64,000 nucleotides of DNA. Origin: Bugula neritina. Taxonomy: Eukaryota; Animalia; Bryozoa. Both the position numbers and the translations under genes were made by a program. The first letter of the stretch is position 1. Each line of letters opens with the position of its first letter. The stretch spans positions 248,001 through 312,000 of the forward strand of contig OZ037770.1 in assembly GCA_964035545.1 (NCBI GenBank), read 5' to 3'. Of this stretch, positions 1-13,700 are shown one piece after another. Below the pieces are notes generated by a model, which was not told the DNA's origin, searched no databases, and saw only the letters and a list, made by a program, of their open reading frames with translations.

Positions 1-3000
1 GAGAGATCACTGTCGGAGTCCTCGGCCGCAGTTCTAGACTCAGTGTGAGTCGGGGGAGGTCTGTCCACCTCCTCTGTAGTGATAGGAACACCAGCTAAAT
101 ATTCCTAGTCACTATCTAACAGTTACTAGTCACTATCTAACAGTTACTAGTCACTATCTAACAGTTACTAGTCACTATCTAATAGTTACTAGTCACTATC
201 TAACAGTTACTAGTCACTATCTAACAGTTACTAGTCACTATCTAATAGTTACTAGTCACTATCTAATAGTTACTAGTAACTATCTAATAGTTACTAGTTA
301 CTATCTAATAGTTACTAGTAACTATCTAATAGTTACTAGTTACTATCTAATAGTTACTAGTTACTATCTAATAGTTACTAGTCACTATCTAATAGTTACT
401 AGTTACTAATTACCAAGTGATACTAGCACTAGAGAAACTATATGTAAACATAACTACTTGTATAGAGGTCATATCGATACATATATAAGTATAATTATAG
501 TTATATCTATATATTACAATAATATGCCTGCGTGAGAACATTAATTCAAGTAGTGCGAAGATATGAGGTGTGCTCATGTTAAAGCAAGGGTAGCATCTAG
601 ATTCTAGCCTGTCTACCAAAGGTTTATGACGGGGGTAGCAACTAGTATACAGTATCAGAAGGTATTAGGAGCTGAGTCCCACCAACTATTAGGAGAGTAA
701 ATGTCATGCTATGAAGTGATATTACATCATATTACATTCTATTATAGTATATTATACTGTATTATATTACAGCATACTATATTATATTACATCATATTAT
801 ACTATTACATAATAACCATCACCAAGCTAAGAGCATTTACCATAAATGGGTTCTCTACTGGAACTACCTGCAGTATACAGACACAACAGAGTTGAGAGTA
901 TCAGTGAAGAGTGAACAGTGAATATAGTATCAGTGAATATAGTATCAGTGAATATAGTATCAGTGAATATAGTATCAGTGAATATAATATCAGTGAATAT
1001 AGTACCAGTGAATAGTGAAACAGTGAGAGGTTGTTGAGAAAGTGAAGGGAGATTATCTCTAAACTCACCGGGTGGTTGGATATTCCCTCCTCCGCCACTA
1101 AAACAAAGAGATGCACGTGTTGACTAAACTACTACTCAGCTCTGTAGAGATTAGTATAACTCTCTCATAAAGTGATACGAGGAGGGAAGACTCTCACATA
1201 CAGTGATACAAGGAGGGAAAACTCTCTCATACAGTGATACAAGGAGGGAAAACTCTCTCATACAGTGATACAAGGAGGGAAAACTCTCTCATACAGTGAT
1301 ACAAGGAGAGAAAACTCTCACATACAGTGATACAAGGAGAGATAACTCTCACATACAGTGATACAAGGAGAGATAACTCTCTCATACAGTGATACAAGGA
1401 GGGAAAACTCTCTCATACAGTGATACAGAGAGAGAAAACTCTCACATACAGTGATACAAGGAGGGATAACTCTCACATACAGTGATACAAGGAGGGATAA
1501 CTCTCACATACAGTGATACAGGGAGAGAAAACTCTCACATACAGCGATACAAGGAGGGAAAACTCTCACATACAGTGATACAAGGAGGGATAACTCTCAC
1601 ATACAGTGATACAAGGAGAGATAACTTTCACACAACAAGGATATTTTATGATACAAACAAACACATCTCCCAGAACTTAGAATTCACCTTCCAGGATCTC
1701 CTGAGCCACCAGCTCCTCCGGAAGCACCCCCTTGACCTCCAGCACCAGCTGGCCTTGTTTCCTGAACAGGTTCTGATGCGTGTTCTCTACTTGGAGCCAG
1801 TTCTGGCTTTAGAAGATCTGCCACTTCGAACTGGAACGTCTGGACCTGTACATTACATATAATAGTGTATGTTATATATGGTACAGGGTATGTTATATAT
1901 AGTACAGTATATGTTATATATAATAGTGTACGTTATATATAGTACAGTATATGTTATATATAGTACAGTATATTATATATAGTACAGTATATGTTATATA
2001 TAATACAGTGTACGTTATATATAGTACAGTGTATGTTATATATAGTACAGTGTATGTTATATATAGTACAGTATATTATATATAGTACAGTATATTATAT
2101 ATAGTACAGTATATGTTATATATAATACAGTGTACGTTATATATAGTACAGTGTATGTTATATATAGTACAGTGTGTGTTATATATAGTACAGTGTATGT
2201 TATATATAGTACAGTGTATGTTATATATAGTACAGTGTATGTTATATTTAATACAGTGTATGTTATATATAGTACAATGTATGTTATATATAGTACAGTG
2301 TATGTTATATATATAGTACAGTGTATGTTATATGTAGTACAGTGTATGTTATATATAGTACAGTGTATGTTATATATAGTACAGTATATGTTATATATAG
2401 TACAGTGTATGTTATATATAGTACAGTGTATGTTATATATAGTACAGTATATGTTATATATAGTACAGTGTATGTTATATATAGTACAGTGTATGTTATA
2501 TATAGTACAGTGTATGTTATATATATAGTAGAGTGTATGTTATATATAGTACAGTGTATGTTATATATAGTACAGTGTATGTTATATATAGTACAGTGTA
2601 TGTTATATATAGTACAGTGTATGTTATATATAATACAGTGTACGTTATATATAGTACAGTGTACTATATATATAGTACAGTATATGTTATATATAGTACA
2701 GTATGCCTAGGGCCACACTGTGCGTATTTTCGCATGCGAAAATTGAAATCACAAGTAGCAAAGGTGTCCACTGTGCGCGTTGAGAAAACATTCGCACTTG
2801 TCGTTCTGCATTTTCAACGCAAGTGCGAATCGTCTCTGTCGTTGTCACCTAATTGGCTGATGGTTATTCAGCGAGCCCAACTTGTTTATTTTAGTGCTAC
2901 ATTCCAGTAAATTGCGTTTTATTGAAAGCGAGTGCGATTTAAAAATGAAAGCTTTATTTATCACGCATCACTGACGCTACAGTGGACACCTTTGCTACTT

Positions 3001-5638
3001 GTGATTTCAATTTTCGCATGCGAAAATACGCGCCGTGTGGCCCTAGGCTTAATGTTATATATAGTACAGTATATGTTATATATATAGTACAGTGTATGTT
3101 ATATATATAGTACAGTGTATGTTATATATATAGTACAGTGTATGTTATATATAGTAGAGTGTATGTTATATATAGTACAGTGTATGTTATATATAGTACA
3201 GTGTATGTTATATATAGTACAGTGTATGTTATATATAGTACAGTGTATGTTATATATAGTACAGTGTACGTTATATATAGTACAGTATATGTTATATATA
3301 GTACAGCGTATGTTATATATAGTACAGTGTGTGTTATATATAGTACAGTGTATGTTATATATAGTACAATGTATGTTATATATAGTACAGTGTATGTTAT
3401 ATATAGTACAGTGTATGTTATATATAGTACAGTGTATGTTATATATAGTACAGTGTATGTTATATATAGTACAGTGTATGTTATATATAGTACAGTGTAT
3501 GTTATATATAGTACAGTGTATGTTATATATAGTACAGTATATGTTATATATAGTACAGTGTATGTTATATATAGTACAGTGTATGTTATATATAGTACAG
3601 TGTATGTTATATATAGTACAGTGTATGTTATATATATAGTACAGTGTATGTTATATATAGTACAGTGTACGTTATATATAGTACAGTGTATGTTATATAT
3701 ATAGTACAGTGTACGTTATATATAGTACAGTGTACGTTATATATAGTACAGTATATGTTATATATAGTACAGTATGCCTAGGGCCACACTGTGCGTATTT
3801 TCGCATGCGAAAATTGAAATCACAAGTAGCAAAGGTGTCCACTGTGCGCGTTGAGAAAACATTCGCACTTGTCGTTCTGCATTTTCAACGCAAGTGCGAA
3901 TCGTCTCTGTCGTTGTCACCTAATTGGCTGATGGTTATTCAGCGAGCCCAACTTGTTTATTTTAGTGCTACATTCCAGTAAATTGCGTTTTATTGAAAGC
4001 GAGTGCGATTTAAAAATGAAAGCTTTATTTATCACGCATCACTGACGCTACAGTGGACACCTTTGCTACTTGTGATTTCAAGTTTCGCATGCGAAAATAC
4101 GCGCCGTGTGGCCCTAGGCTTAATATTATATATAGTACAGTATATTATATATAGTACAGTGTATGTTATATATAGTACAGTGTATGTTATATATAGTACA
4201 GTGTATGTTATATATAGTACAGTGTATGTTATATATAGTACAGTGTATGTTATATATAGTACAGTGTATGTTATATATAGTACAGTGTATGTTATATATA
4301 GTACAGTGTATGTTATATATAGTACAGTATATGTTATATATATAGTACAGTGTATGTTATATATAGTACAGCGTACGTTATATATAGTACAGTGTATGTT
4401 ATATATAGTACAGTATATGTTATATATAGTACAGTGTGTGTTATATATAGTACAGTGTATGTTATATATAGTACAGTATATGTTATATATAATACAGAGT
4501 ATGTTATATATATAGTACAGTGTATGTTATATATAGTACAGCGTACGTTATATATAGTACAGTGTATGTTATATATAGTACAGTATATGTTATATATAGT
4601 ACAGTATATGTTATATATATAGTACAGTGTATGTTATATATAGTACAGCGTACGTTATATATAGTACAGTGTATGTTATATATAGTACAGTATATGTTAT
4701 ATATAGTACAATGTATGTTATATATAGTACAGTGTATGTTATATATAGTACAGTATATGTTATATATAGTACAGTGTATGTTATATATAATAGTGTACGT
4801 TATATATAGTAGAGTGTATGTTATATATAGTACAGTGTATGTTATATATAGTACAATGTATGTTATATATAGTACAGTGTATGTTATATATAGTACAGTA
4901 TATGTTATATATATAGTACAGTGTACGCTATATATAATATACTTACTAGAGCATCATATAAAATATCAAAAGCGACACGCCCTTTCTTCTGCACGTCCGT
5001 CAAAAATCTTCTGTTTCTTGTTTGACCAATATCTCTCTACAATACATGGATTACTTTTCCATCAGATACAGTGTAGTTCAATATTCAGACAGATAAAGTG
5101 GTTCAACTGAATGCAATGCAAGCTTTGAAAATTGGTTTGCAGTGATTCTGTAAAATAAAGTTGAAATACTAACTATCAGAAAAAAACAATTTTCACAAAA
5201 CCGAAATACAAGTTGAACACAAATTCTAAATATAAAACAATTATTTTAATAAAATTATTTGTATTTCTATTTTACTAAATTGCTAAAGGATGTTCGGTTT
5301 AGTTTAATAGTATTTATTAAAGACATACATTAGGGAGTTCATGACTGAGAAAAAGGAGGAGAAAGAATGTGCACAGTGAGATTAGTAATAAATTCCATAG
5401 CCTTATTTCAAAATAAACTGTTTGGCACACCAAACTCAGTGCCATATCAATATAACTATAAAATTTATACATAGCTTCAACAGATCTAAGTTAGCTTGCT
5501 TACCGTTAAATCTTCAATCATTCCAAGAGTAAAAATCTTTTTTGACACAAAGTAACTAAGAAAATCCTCGGAGCAGTCCATGTTTTTTATTAGATCAACA
5601 ATATTCCCTCGAATGATTTCTCTTTGCTGGCTATTCAT
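1..5638 (-). CDS. N-terminal CARD-domain protein (caspase-2/9- or RAIDD-like prodomain), partial; continues past left edge
   Basis: Phase-consistent exons 5638-5504, 5036-4947, 1845-1688, 1097-1069, 867-841, 94-<1. They give MNSQQREIIRGNIVDLIKNMDCSEDFLSYFVSKKIFTLGMIEDLT|RDIGQTRNRRFLTDVQKKGRVAFDILYDAL|VQTFQFEVADLLKP, a six-helix CARD pattern, followed by a Gly/Pro-rich linker. No catalytic domain is visible in the window. The small linker exons are less certain. Confidence 0.8.
105..410. repeat. Intronic minisatellite, 21-bp unit (TAGTCACTATCTAACAGTTAC)
   Basis: Direct tandem copies visible in the sequence. Confidence 0.95.
899..1015. repeat. Intronic minisatellite, 15-bp unit (TATCAGTGAATATAG)
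   Basis: Tandem copies. Confidence 0.9.
1170..1632. repeat. Intronic minisatellite, 31-bp unit (CAGTGATACAAGGAGGGAAAACTCTCTCATA)
   Basis: About 15 tandem copies. Confidence 0.95.
2705..3048. mobile_element. 344-bp MITE (non-autonomous DNA transposon), copy 1
   Basis: Imperfect terminal inverted repeats of about 65 bp: GCCTAGGGCCACAC...GCGTATTTTCGCATGCGAAAATTGAAATCACAAGTAGCAAAGGTGTCCACTGT and its reverse complement at the 3' end. No transposase. Target-site duplication unclear (TA-rich flanks). Confidence 0.9.
3776..4119. mobile_element. 344-bp MITE, copy 2 (near-identical to 2705-3048)
   Basis: Same length and same flanks (CAGTAT/TTAAT). I saw only one substitution (TTCAATTTTCG vs TTCAAGTTTCG). 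Confidence 0.9.
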
Positions 5639-8244
5639 TTTGTCACCTCAGCCTAGTGTAAACACAACAGTACTAATAGTCATAGTGATAGTCTGTTAGT
5701 CATAGTGTAAACTAAAATCAAAATGAAAATGCTGACCAAATGATCGCAAGACGAAGGTGAAAAAATATTATTATAATTATATGATAACATTAAGTTTAAC
5801 ATAAAATACCTAAATAACCATATTAGTATTAGTATTACTATCAGTATCACTATTAGTATAATAACTAATAGTAATAGTAAGTATTACTGGTATCAACTAC
5901 TAATACTATTACTATTAGTATTACTATTACTACTATTACCATCACCATGGGTATGTTTTATGTTTAAATAATCTAAATCAAAATGAAAATGATCACCACA
6001 GCCACTACTACTATTAGTATTACTATTAGTATTAGTATTACTAACATTAACAGTAACACTGTATATTGTATTACTAGTATTAGAGTAATAGTATTACTAT
6101 TACTATTAGTATTACTATTATTAGTATAACTAATACTATAGTATAGTACCTCAGTTTATTACCTCAGTTGAGGTAGGACTTCCGCAGCAACTGGAAAGTC
6201 TATAGGGAAGCCTCTAGTGAAAACTTACATTAGACCAGGGTTAGCACTAGTTACAGCATTTGCTGTTTTGTAATTAGTTATTATATTCTCCGCGCATTAT
6301 ACTCAATAAGCAATACTAATAGTAATACTATTACTAATAATGATAAATTGAGTTAATAAATTACTATAGTGATAAAAATGAATTTGAAACTTAAACTGCA
6401 ATAACTAAAATAATTTCAACCTAATATTAAAGTACTTAGACTTTTACAGTAAATCAGCGATTTGGCATTCGCAAGTCGAAGAACGAAAATATTTGTTAGC
6501 ATCAGTTTTGACTTAGTTCCAGAAACCAAGGGCCGTGAAATGGCCAATACGTAACGTCGTTTCTTTCCTAGCAGTTATGGAAAATAACTATATCAAGGCT
6601 AAAGTACTCAAGTCAAGCTACTAAGGAGTTGTTCTTCCTTGCATTATGACTCGGAGAGATTCCAACTTTTACTCTGTTTGCTGTTGCTACTGCTGCTGCC
6701 GACAGCTGAAGGCCCATGCAACTATAATATATAAGTTAAAGCATAATATATAAATTGAAGTATAGTTTATATAAGTCGAGGTATAATATACGAGTTTATA
6801 AAGCATAACATATTAGTTAAAGCTTATATATAATAATAATTGTAACAATTGTAACAAGTTAATTATTTTTAAAACAAGTTTCTAGATTTTTTGCATTTTC
6901 ATAATTGTATAAACAACACAACTATGTATAAAATAAACATGACAAAATTATACTTTCATAATTAGCAGTACAAGTATATCTAGCCCTGAATGGTCATCTT
7001 TCACCGTCGTGGTGGCGGGATATCTAGCCCTGAGAGCTGCATGCAAAGTACATTGCGCTGTATGGTTGCCTATGGAATGACTATAAATTCTAATGACAAT
7101 GTTATATTCACAAGTTGCATTAAGAAAGAAGACTACATTTCATGCAGCTCAGCTTTTTGTGATATACTAGTATTATGAGAGTATATTACTAGTATATCAT
7201 TAAAGGATAAAAGTCAATTAGACATATTTATCTCATGATGTATGATGAAGTTACTATTATATAATAATAAAGTGAGAAACTGCATTACAGTACCATGCAT
7301 TATGACTCATGATAATATACCATATGATTGTAACCACAATATAGTAATATATCACGTGTTGCTGATATTATATTGTGTGTTACTGCATGATAATAAATGT
7401 TAATTATTTTTATGATAGTATATCATGTCTGCATGAATAAAGTAATATTATATACTATGATATATAGTATGGTGCTGAAATATAGGCATTTAGTGGCCCA
7501 TTATATCATATATTGATATATAATATTGTTTCTGAAGTTGCTCTGTAGGAAACAAAATGTATTTATACAATTGATTTATTTACTTCTTATAGTTTATCTT
7601 TGATTGATACAGTGCTAATACCGTTGAACTTTTGTGGTTTTACAATGAGTCATAACTCTTTACACTCTAGCATTAAATATAATATATAAGTTAATATATA
7701 CATTTTCTATAGCAATTATATGTTTTGATTTTAAAAATTCATTATTACTTTTACAATGTTTAAAGCTCAATTTTTAAGCCAATGTATATCAGCGATTGAG
7801 CTACTTAATATAACATCTAGAATTAACAATAAAAACCTTACAGCGTCAAAATTGGGTTATTAATATATACAAGCATTCCATTGCAGTAATATATACTTCG
7901 TCAGAGTTCAAAGAGTCAAATGGAATTTCCACTTACCTTGGAATTCCCAGTTTAGCTGATTGGATAGAAGTTTCTATGAGTAAGCTGGAAATAATCAAGG
8001 AATTAACACAACTTCAGAAAAAAGTCAGAAGAGTGGATCATATAACTTTATGACCAGCTGTGGTGAGTAGAGAATATATATGGCCATTATACTATATACT
8101 TTGTATACTGTATACTGTAAACGTACTATATACTATATACTATATACACATGCATTTACATACTTATATTATACTCTACACTATACAGTATACTATCCAT
8201 AGTATATACTATACAATATAGTATAAAATATAATAGATAGTACA

Positions 8245-8445
<201 letters not shown>

Positions 8446-9124
8446 CAGTAGACTATATAGTATATGCTATATACTATATACAATATAATATACAATATTT
8501 ATAGTATACACTGTATTATAGTATACTATATACTACATATATAATATATAGTATACAGTATATTCTATATACAATAGAATATACAGTATACAGTATATAC
8601 TATTTACAATATAATACACAATATATATACTATACACTGTATTATAGCATACTATATACTACATATATAATATATAGTATACACTATATACTATATATTA
8701 TAATATATATGCAAAAATAACGTTTTCTGGAGGCATTTTAGTTACTATAGTTACTATTTATAAAGATAAGTGCCATTTGTTCAACAAATACTCATTATAG
8801 CTAACAGAACTTTTGTTAATTATTCATCAATAGTTTATACAAATAGAAATAACTAAGCCAAACTCTATTTTTCAAAAAAATTAAAAGTAAAGCCAATTAA
8901 GGCAGGTTTAGACTTCATTGCAATTGAACAGATGCATCCAAATTAGAGCAGTATGAGTCTTGACTGAAATCTAAACATGAAAATTACAATAAATGGAAAA
9001 ACCAGTCAACTAAAATATTAAAAAGGTGTACTGCGTGTTATTGAAAATTTCAAGCATTCAGAGCATTAGCTCTATTATGTTAAATTGGCTAACAATACTG
9101 CGGCGCCATACTTGTTATAAACCC

Positions 9125-9154
9125 GGAGTTTCCCAAAGTTTCCCAAAGCTTCCC
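9125..9154 (-). promoter_or_regulatory. Candidate NF-kB sites upstream of TRAF (GGGAAACTCC plus two 10-bp-spaced variants)
   Basis: GGAGTTTCCC AAAGTTTCCC AAAGCTTCCC. The first matches GGGRNWYYCC on the minus strand. Function is inferred only. Confidence 0.3.
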
Positions 9155-10799
9155 AAATTACATCTCAAATTTTCCATTATGCAAAGGAAATGTTTGTACA
9201 AGTTTCTCTCTTTGCGCATCGGGTTTTTGTGACTACAATAGTAAGAACGATTACCAGCTTTTCAACGATTGGCTAGGTTTTATTTTAACAATTTAATTAT
9301 AGCTAGGAACATACTGCCGGATATAAATCTAACCTCTCATATTGTGCCAGTTATACAGAACCACGGCAAAAGTAGTTTCACAAGCTGTTGAAAATAGTTT
9401 TTACTTTTTCTCAAAATTAACCAGATATGCCAACACGATTCGTTATGAGTTGCTTTTTGGCCTACTTTATCCATAGTAATGATGACAAATACAATTTTAC
9501 TCATTATTGATCTTGATTACTATTAGTATTACTATTACTATTAGTATTACTATTAGTATTACTATCAAGTATTACTATTAGTATTACTATTAGTATTAAG
9601 TATTACTATTAGTATTAGTATTACTATTACCATTAGTATTAGTATTAGCCATTATGATTATGATTATGATCACTTGATGATCAATAGAAATATTAATATG
9701 ACACAGGCAATCATTCACAATGACAATGAGTATTACAAAGTTTTAAAATTTTAACTATAAATATCAAATTGAAGGTCAATGTGAATATACATAAGAATTA
9801 AGACTTAAGACTAAGAGGCACTCATAATTTTGCGCCTATAGCCGTAGGTGTTAGCAGAGTGTTCTAACTTTTACGAGGTGCGTTATACCTAACCTAGCAG
9901 TAGCAGTAACAAGTAAGTAAATTTATCCTAGTCAAAAACTTGGACTTATGAAGTTACGACTTATGTTTGGCCTTGTAATCATGTTAATGTTTGATACAAA
10001 TAAAACTTAAAGAGCTAAACATAATACTTGGTCTTGCACTAGTTCTTGAAGTTCATTGAATTTGATCGTAGCTCATGCTCGTGCTGATATTCATTTTCAG
10101 ATTGGCAGTCATTAAACATTACATTGAATAATCATATATTAATATGAATATGGCAATATCAATATGCAAACTATAGTAGGATAATCATAATGATAATGGC
10201 TACTAGTAGTAGCAGTTTGTTTAAAATTTGCGTACTCTGATGTTTTGCCTTGAAAGCTTATTTAAGAAAATTAATGCAGAAGACAATAGCATCGTTCTTA
10301 ACAGTCAAAAGCTTATCTCAAGGCATATGGACTTTTGTACAGTATCAGTCTACAATTATAAATAACGATTACTATTTATAAAAGGGTTTCAGTCCAGTTA
10401 GATGACCATCAATATGTTCCACTTAGACCACCCCCAACTGGACGACTTCCATTTAGATGACTTTATCTAAAAACACTAGGAATTAAAAAAAGAATGATAT
10501 TTGATACTAAGTTACATTTATTTTGATTTCATGTGAATCCATGTGCACTGATGTCTAACTGAAGCCGTGCATAGGTAAATAACTGAAGCCATATGCATAA
10601 TATGACTGAAACTATTGCTCTAACAGTTTGCTAGAGTTATTTTCCATAAGATGTATAATTTTTTTGAAATACTGTGAAAACATGTATTCCATCACTTTTA
10701 TAGACTTCTGTACTCTAACTGGTAAAGTATCATATCTATATATAAACTTTAGAAGCAATCGAAGGCTGCCCTTAGTGCCGTGCTGTTTCCCTTCTAATA

Positions 10800-13700
10800 A
10801 TGAATAATGAAGACTTCTTAGACTCAGGAGTGGAAAACAGCAACAGCCTCTGTACAGACGGAGGTGTGCGAGAAAACAGCAACAGCCTCTGTACAGACGG
10901 AGGTGTGCGAGAGAAGCTTAAAGACCTGCATATTTCTGATTTGAATGATCAACCAGCCATGAAAAAACAAAAGATAGAATATCCAATGATAGACTTTCCT
11001 TCCCATGACTGTGAAGAGGATTGCCCGGAGTTTATAGAGGTAAAGAGCTGAGTCCTAGCTAGTAGGTTATCATGTGTGTCGTCTGCTTGTCATAAATCAT
11101 ACCAACACTACAACGTATCACTCACTAATCAACTCTCAGTTACTCACTCACGCTGAGTACTCACTCACTCACTCTGAGTACTCACACACTCTCATTTACT
11201 CACTCACTCTGAGTACTCACACACTCATTTACTCACTCACTCTCAGTACTCACTCACTCACTCTCAGTACTCACACACTCATTTACTCACTCACAGTACT
11301 CACTCACTCTCATTTACTCACTCACTCTGAGTACTCACTCACTCACTCTGAGTACTCACACACTCATTTACTCACTCACTCTCAGTACTCACTCACTCAC
11401 TCACTCTCAGTACTCACTCACTCACTCACTCACTCTGAGTACTCACTCACTCACTCTGAGTACTCACACACTCATTTACTCACTCACTCTCAGTACTCAC
11501 TCACTCACTCACTCTCAGTACTCACTCACTCACTCACTCACTCTCAGTACTCACTCTCAGTACTCACTCACTCACTAACTCTATTTTAAAGTCTCTCCCT
11601 GTAGGCATGTGAAGCAGAGGAGCAGTGCTGTGCCTGTGGTAAAGTAGCAGTAGATCCCTATGTGAGTCAAGCATGCGGACATGTGTTTGGAAGAGCCGCC
11701 ATAAAAGCCTTGGAGAGGGAAAGTATCACTTCGACACGCTGTCCTGGCAAAGACTTTGACAACGAGCAATGTAAGGAACTTCTAGAAATGAGCAAGTTGA
11801 AACCTGACCGGGCGCTCAACAAGTCCATACTGAAAAAGCACGTCAAGTGTTCAAACAATAACTTAGGTTGTACGTCAACCATGGAACTCAAGTTACTCAA
11901 GTCGCACTTGAGTAATACGTGTTTATACGCGGACGTCAAGTGTCCCAGCTGTACGGAGATGTTCCCGCGTTACCAGATAGAAAAGCATACTAGCAGCTGC
12001 AAGTCTAAGACATGTGACTTTGCTGAAGTGGGCTGTAGTCACGTGACGTCGTCTAAGGGCAAAGGTTCAAGGTCGTCGTCACGAGAGCACAGTCACGGCC
12101 TGCACCTGGCTCTGCTCTACCAGAAGGTGGCTACTACGTTGTCCATGGCTAAACTAAATACCAAGTCTATTGACCAGACGATAGAAGAGCAGAGTGAAGA
12201 CGTGGTTGGTAAGTGTGTAGTTAGTGTGTAGTTAGTGTGTAGTTAGTGTGTAGTTAGTGTGTAGTTAGTATGTAGTTAGTGTGTAGTTAGTGTGTAGTTA
12301 GCGTGTAGTTAGTATGTAGTTAGTGTGTAGTTAGTGTGTAGTTAGTGTGTAGTTAGTGTGTAGTTAGTGTGTAGTTAGTAGGTAGTTAGTGTGTAGTTAG
12401 TGTGTAGTTAGTGTGTAGTTAGTATGTAGTTAGTGTGTAGTTAGTGTGTAGTTAGTGTGTAGTTACTGTGTAGTTATTGTGTAGTTAGTGTGTAGTTAGT
12501 GTGTAGTTAGTGTGTAGTTAGTGTGTAGTTAGTGTGTAGTTACTGTGTAGTTATTGTGTAGTTAGTGTGTAGTTAGTGTGTAGTTAGTGTGTAGTTAGTA
12601 TGTAGTTAGTAGGTAGTTAGTGTGTAGTTAGTGTGTAGTTAGTGTGTAGTTAGTATGTAGTTAGTGTGTAGTTAGTGTGTAGTTAGTGTGTAGTTAGTGT
12701 GTAGTTAGTATGTAGTTAGTAGGTAGTTAGTGTGTAGTTAGTGTGTAGTTAGTGTGTAGTTAGTAATTAGTTTAGCTTGTGGTCTTTATTTCAGGACAAG
12801 AAGAGTTGCTGCGTATGATGGGTAACTTGGGTCACCTTAGAAGTGAGGCTATGCAGATTGAGGAACTCAAGTCTAATTTCATCAACAAAAGACTCGACAC
12901 GTCAAACCACTTGCAGAGTTACGGCGCCTTGCTGAGTCAAGACTTCGCAGTTCAAGTTGCCGAGCCGGCGTTGAGGTATGTGTGACCTTCACCTTGTATA
13001 TACTCTACTTTATGTGTGACCTTCACCTTGTATATATGCTATACTTTATGTGTGACCTTCACCTTGTATATACTGTACTCTATGTGTGACCTTCACCTTG
13101 TATATATACTGTACTCTATGTGTGACCTTCACCTTGTATATACTGTACTCTATGTGTGACCTTCACCTTGTATATATGCTGTCCTCCATGTGTGACCTTC
13201 ACCTTGTAGAGTGAGATCTCGCGGCCAATATCTGGAGCGGCAGGAAGAAGGAACAAGTGAAGATGTTAAGAAGTTGTTAAAAGAAACAATTGAAGTTCCT
13301 ATTTTGTTGAATCACGGCTCTATTATATTCAAGGTAACTTTATATCCTAATTATATAATATAATATGGTGTGATATTATATAATATGTTATGATATAATA
13401 TGGTATGTTATATAGTATAATATGGTATGATATATAATATAATATAACATGATATATGATATAATGCATAGTATATTACGTGTAGTAAATGTTAGATTCA
13501 CTATATTCTCGCAGGTAGATAAATTCTCCGAGAAGAGAACTAAGGCTATCAAGGGAGAGTTGAAGCGGGGGATATACGGCCCTCAGTTCTACACACATGA
13601 GTTTGGCTACCTGATGGTACCCATCCTCTACCCTAATGGAGATGGCGGAGGTTAGTAAATGTGCAGACAACTCCTTGTAACATGCTGTTGATCATGTAAT

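Larger units (their letters stand above)
1865..4940. repeat. Intronic minisatellite, 21-bp unit (ATAGTACAGTGTATGTTATAT), interrupted by two MITE copies
   Basis: Long tandem array filling intron 2 of the CARD gene. Confidence 0.95.

Noticed and set aside
520-690. GC-richer segment in the CARD gene that might be an exon
   Set aside because: In-frame stops occur in the phases tested, and the flanking exons join correctly without it.
2113-5110. Multiple MLYIVQC / YSTVYVI repeat ORFs
   Set aside because: They arise from the 21-bp intronic satellite, plus MITE sequence read in frame.
6160-6195. TGAGGTAG (let-7 seed) in a small hairpin TACCTCAGTTGAGGTA
   Set aside because: The downstream sequence does not match let-7 and there is no pre-miRNA-length stem.
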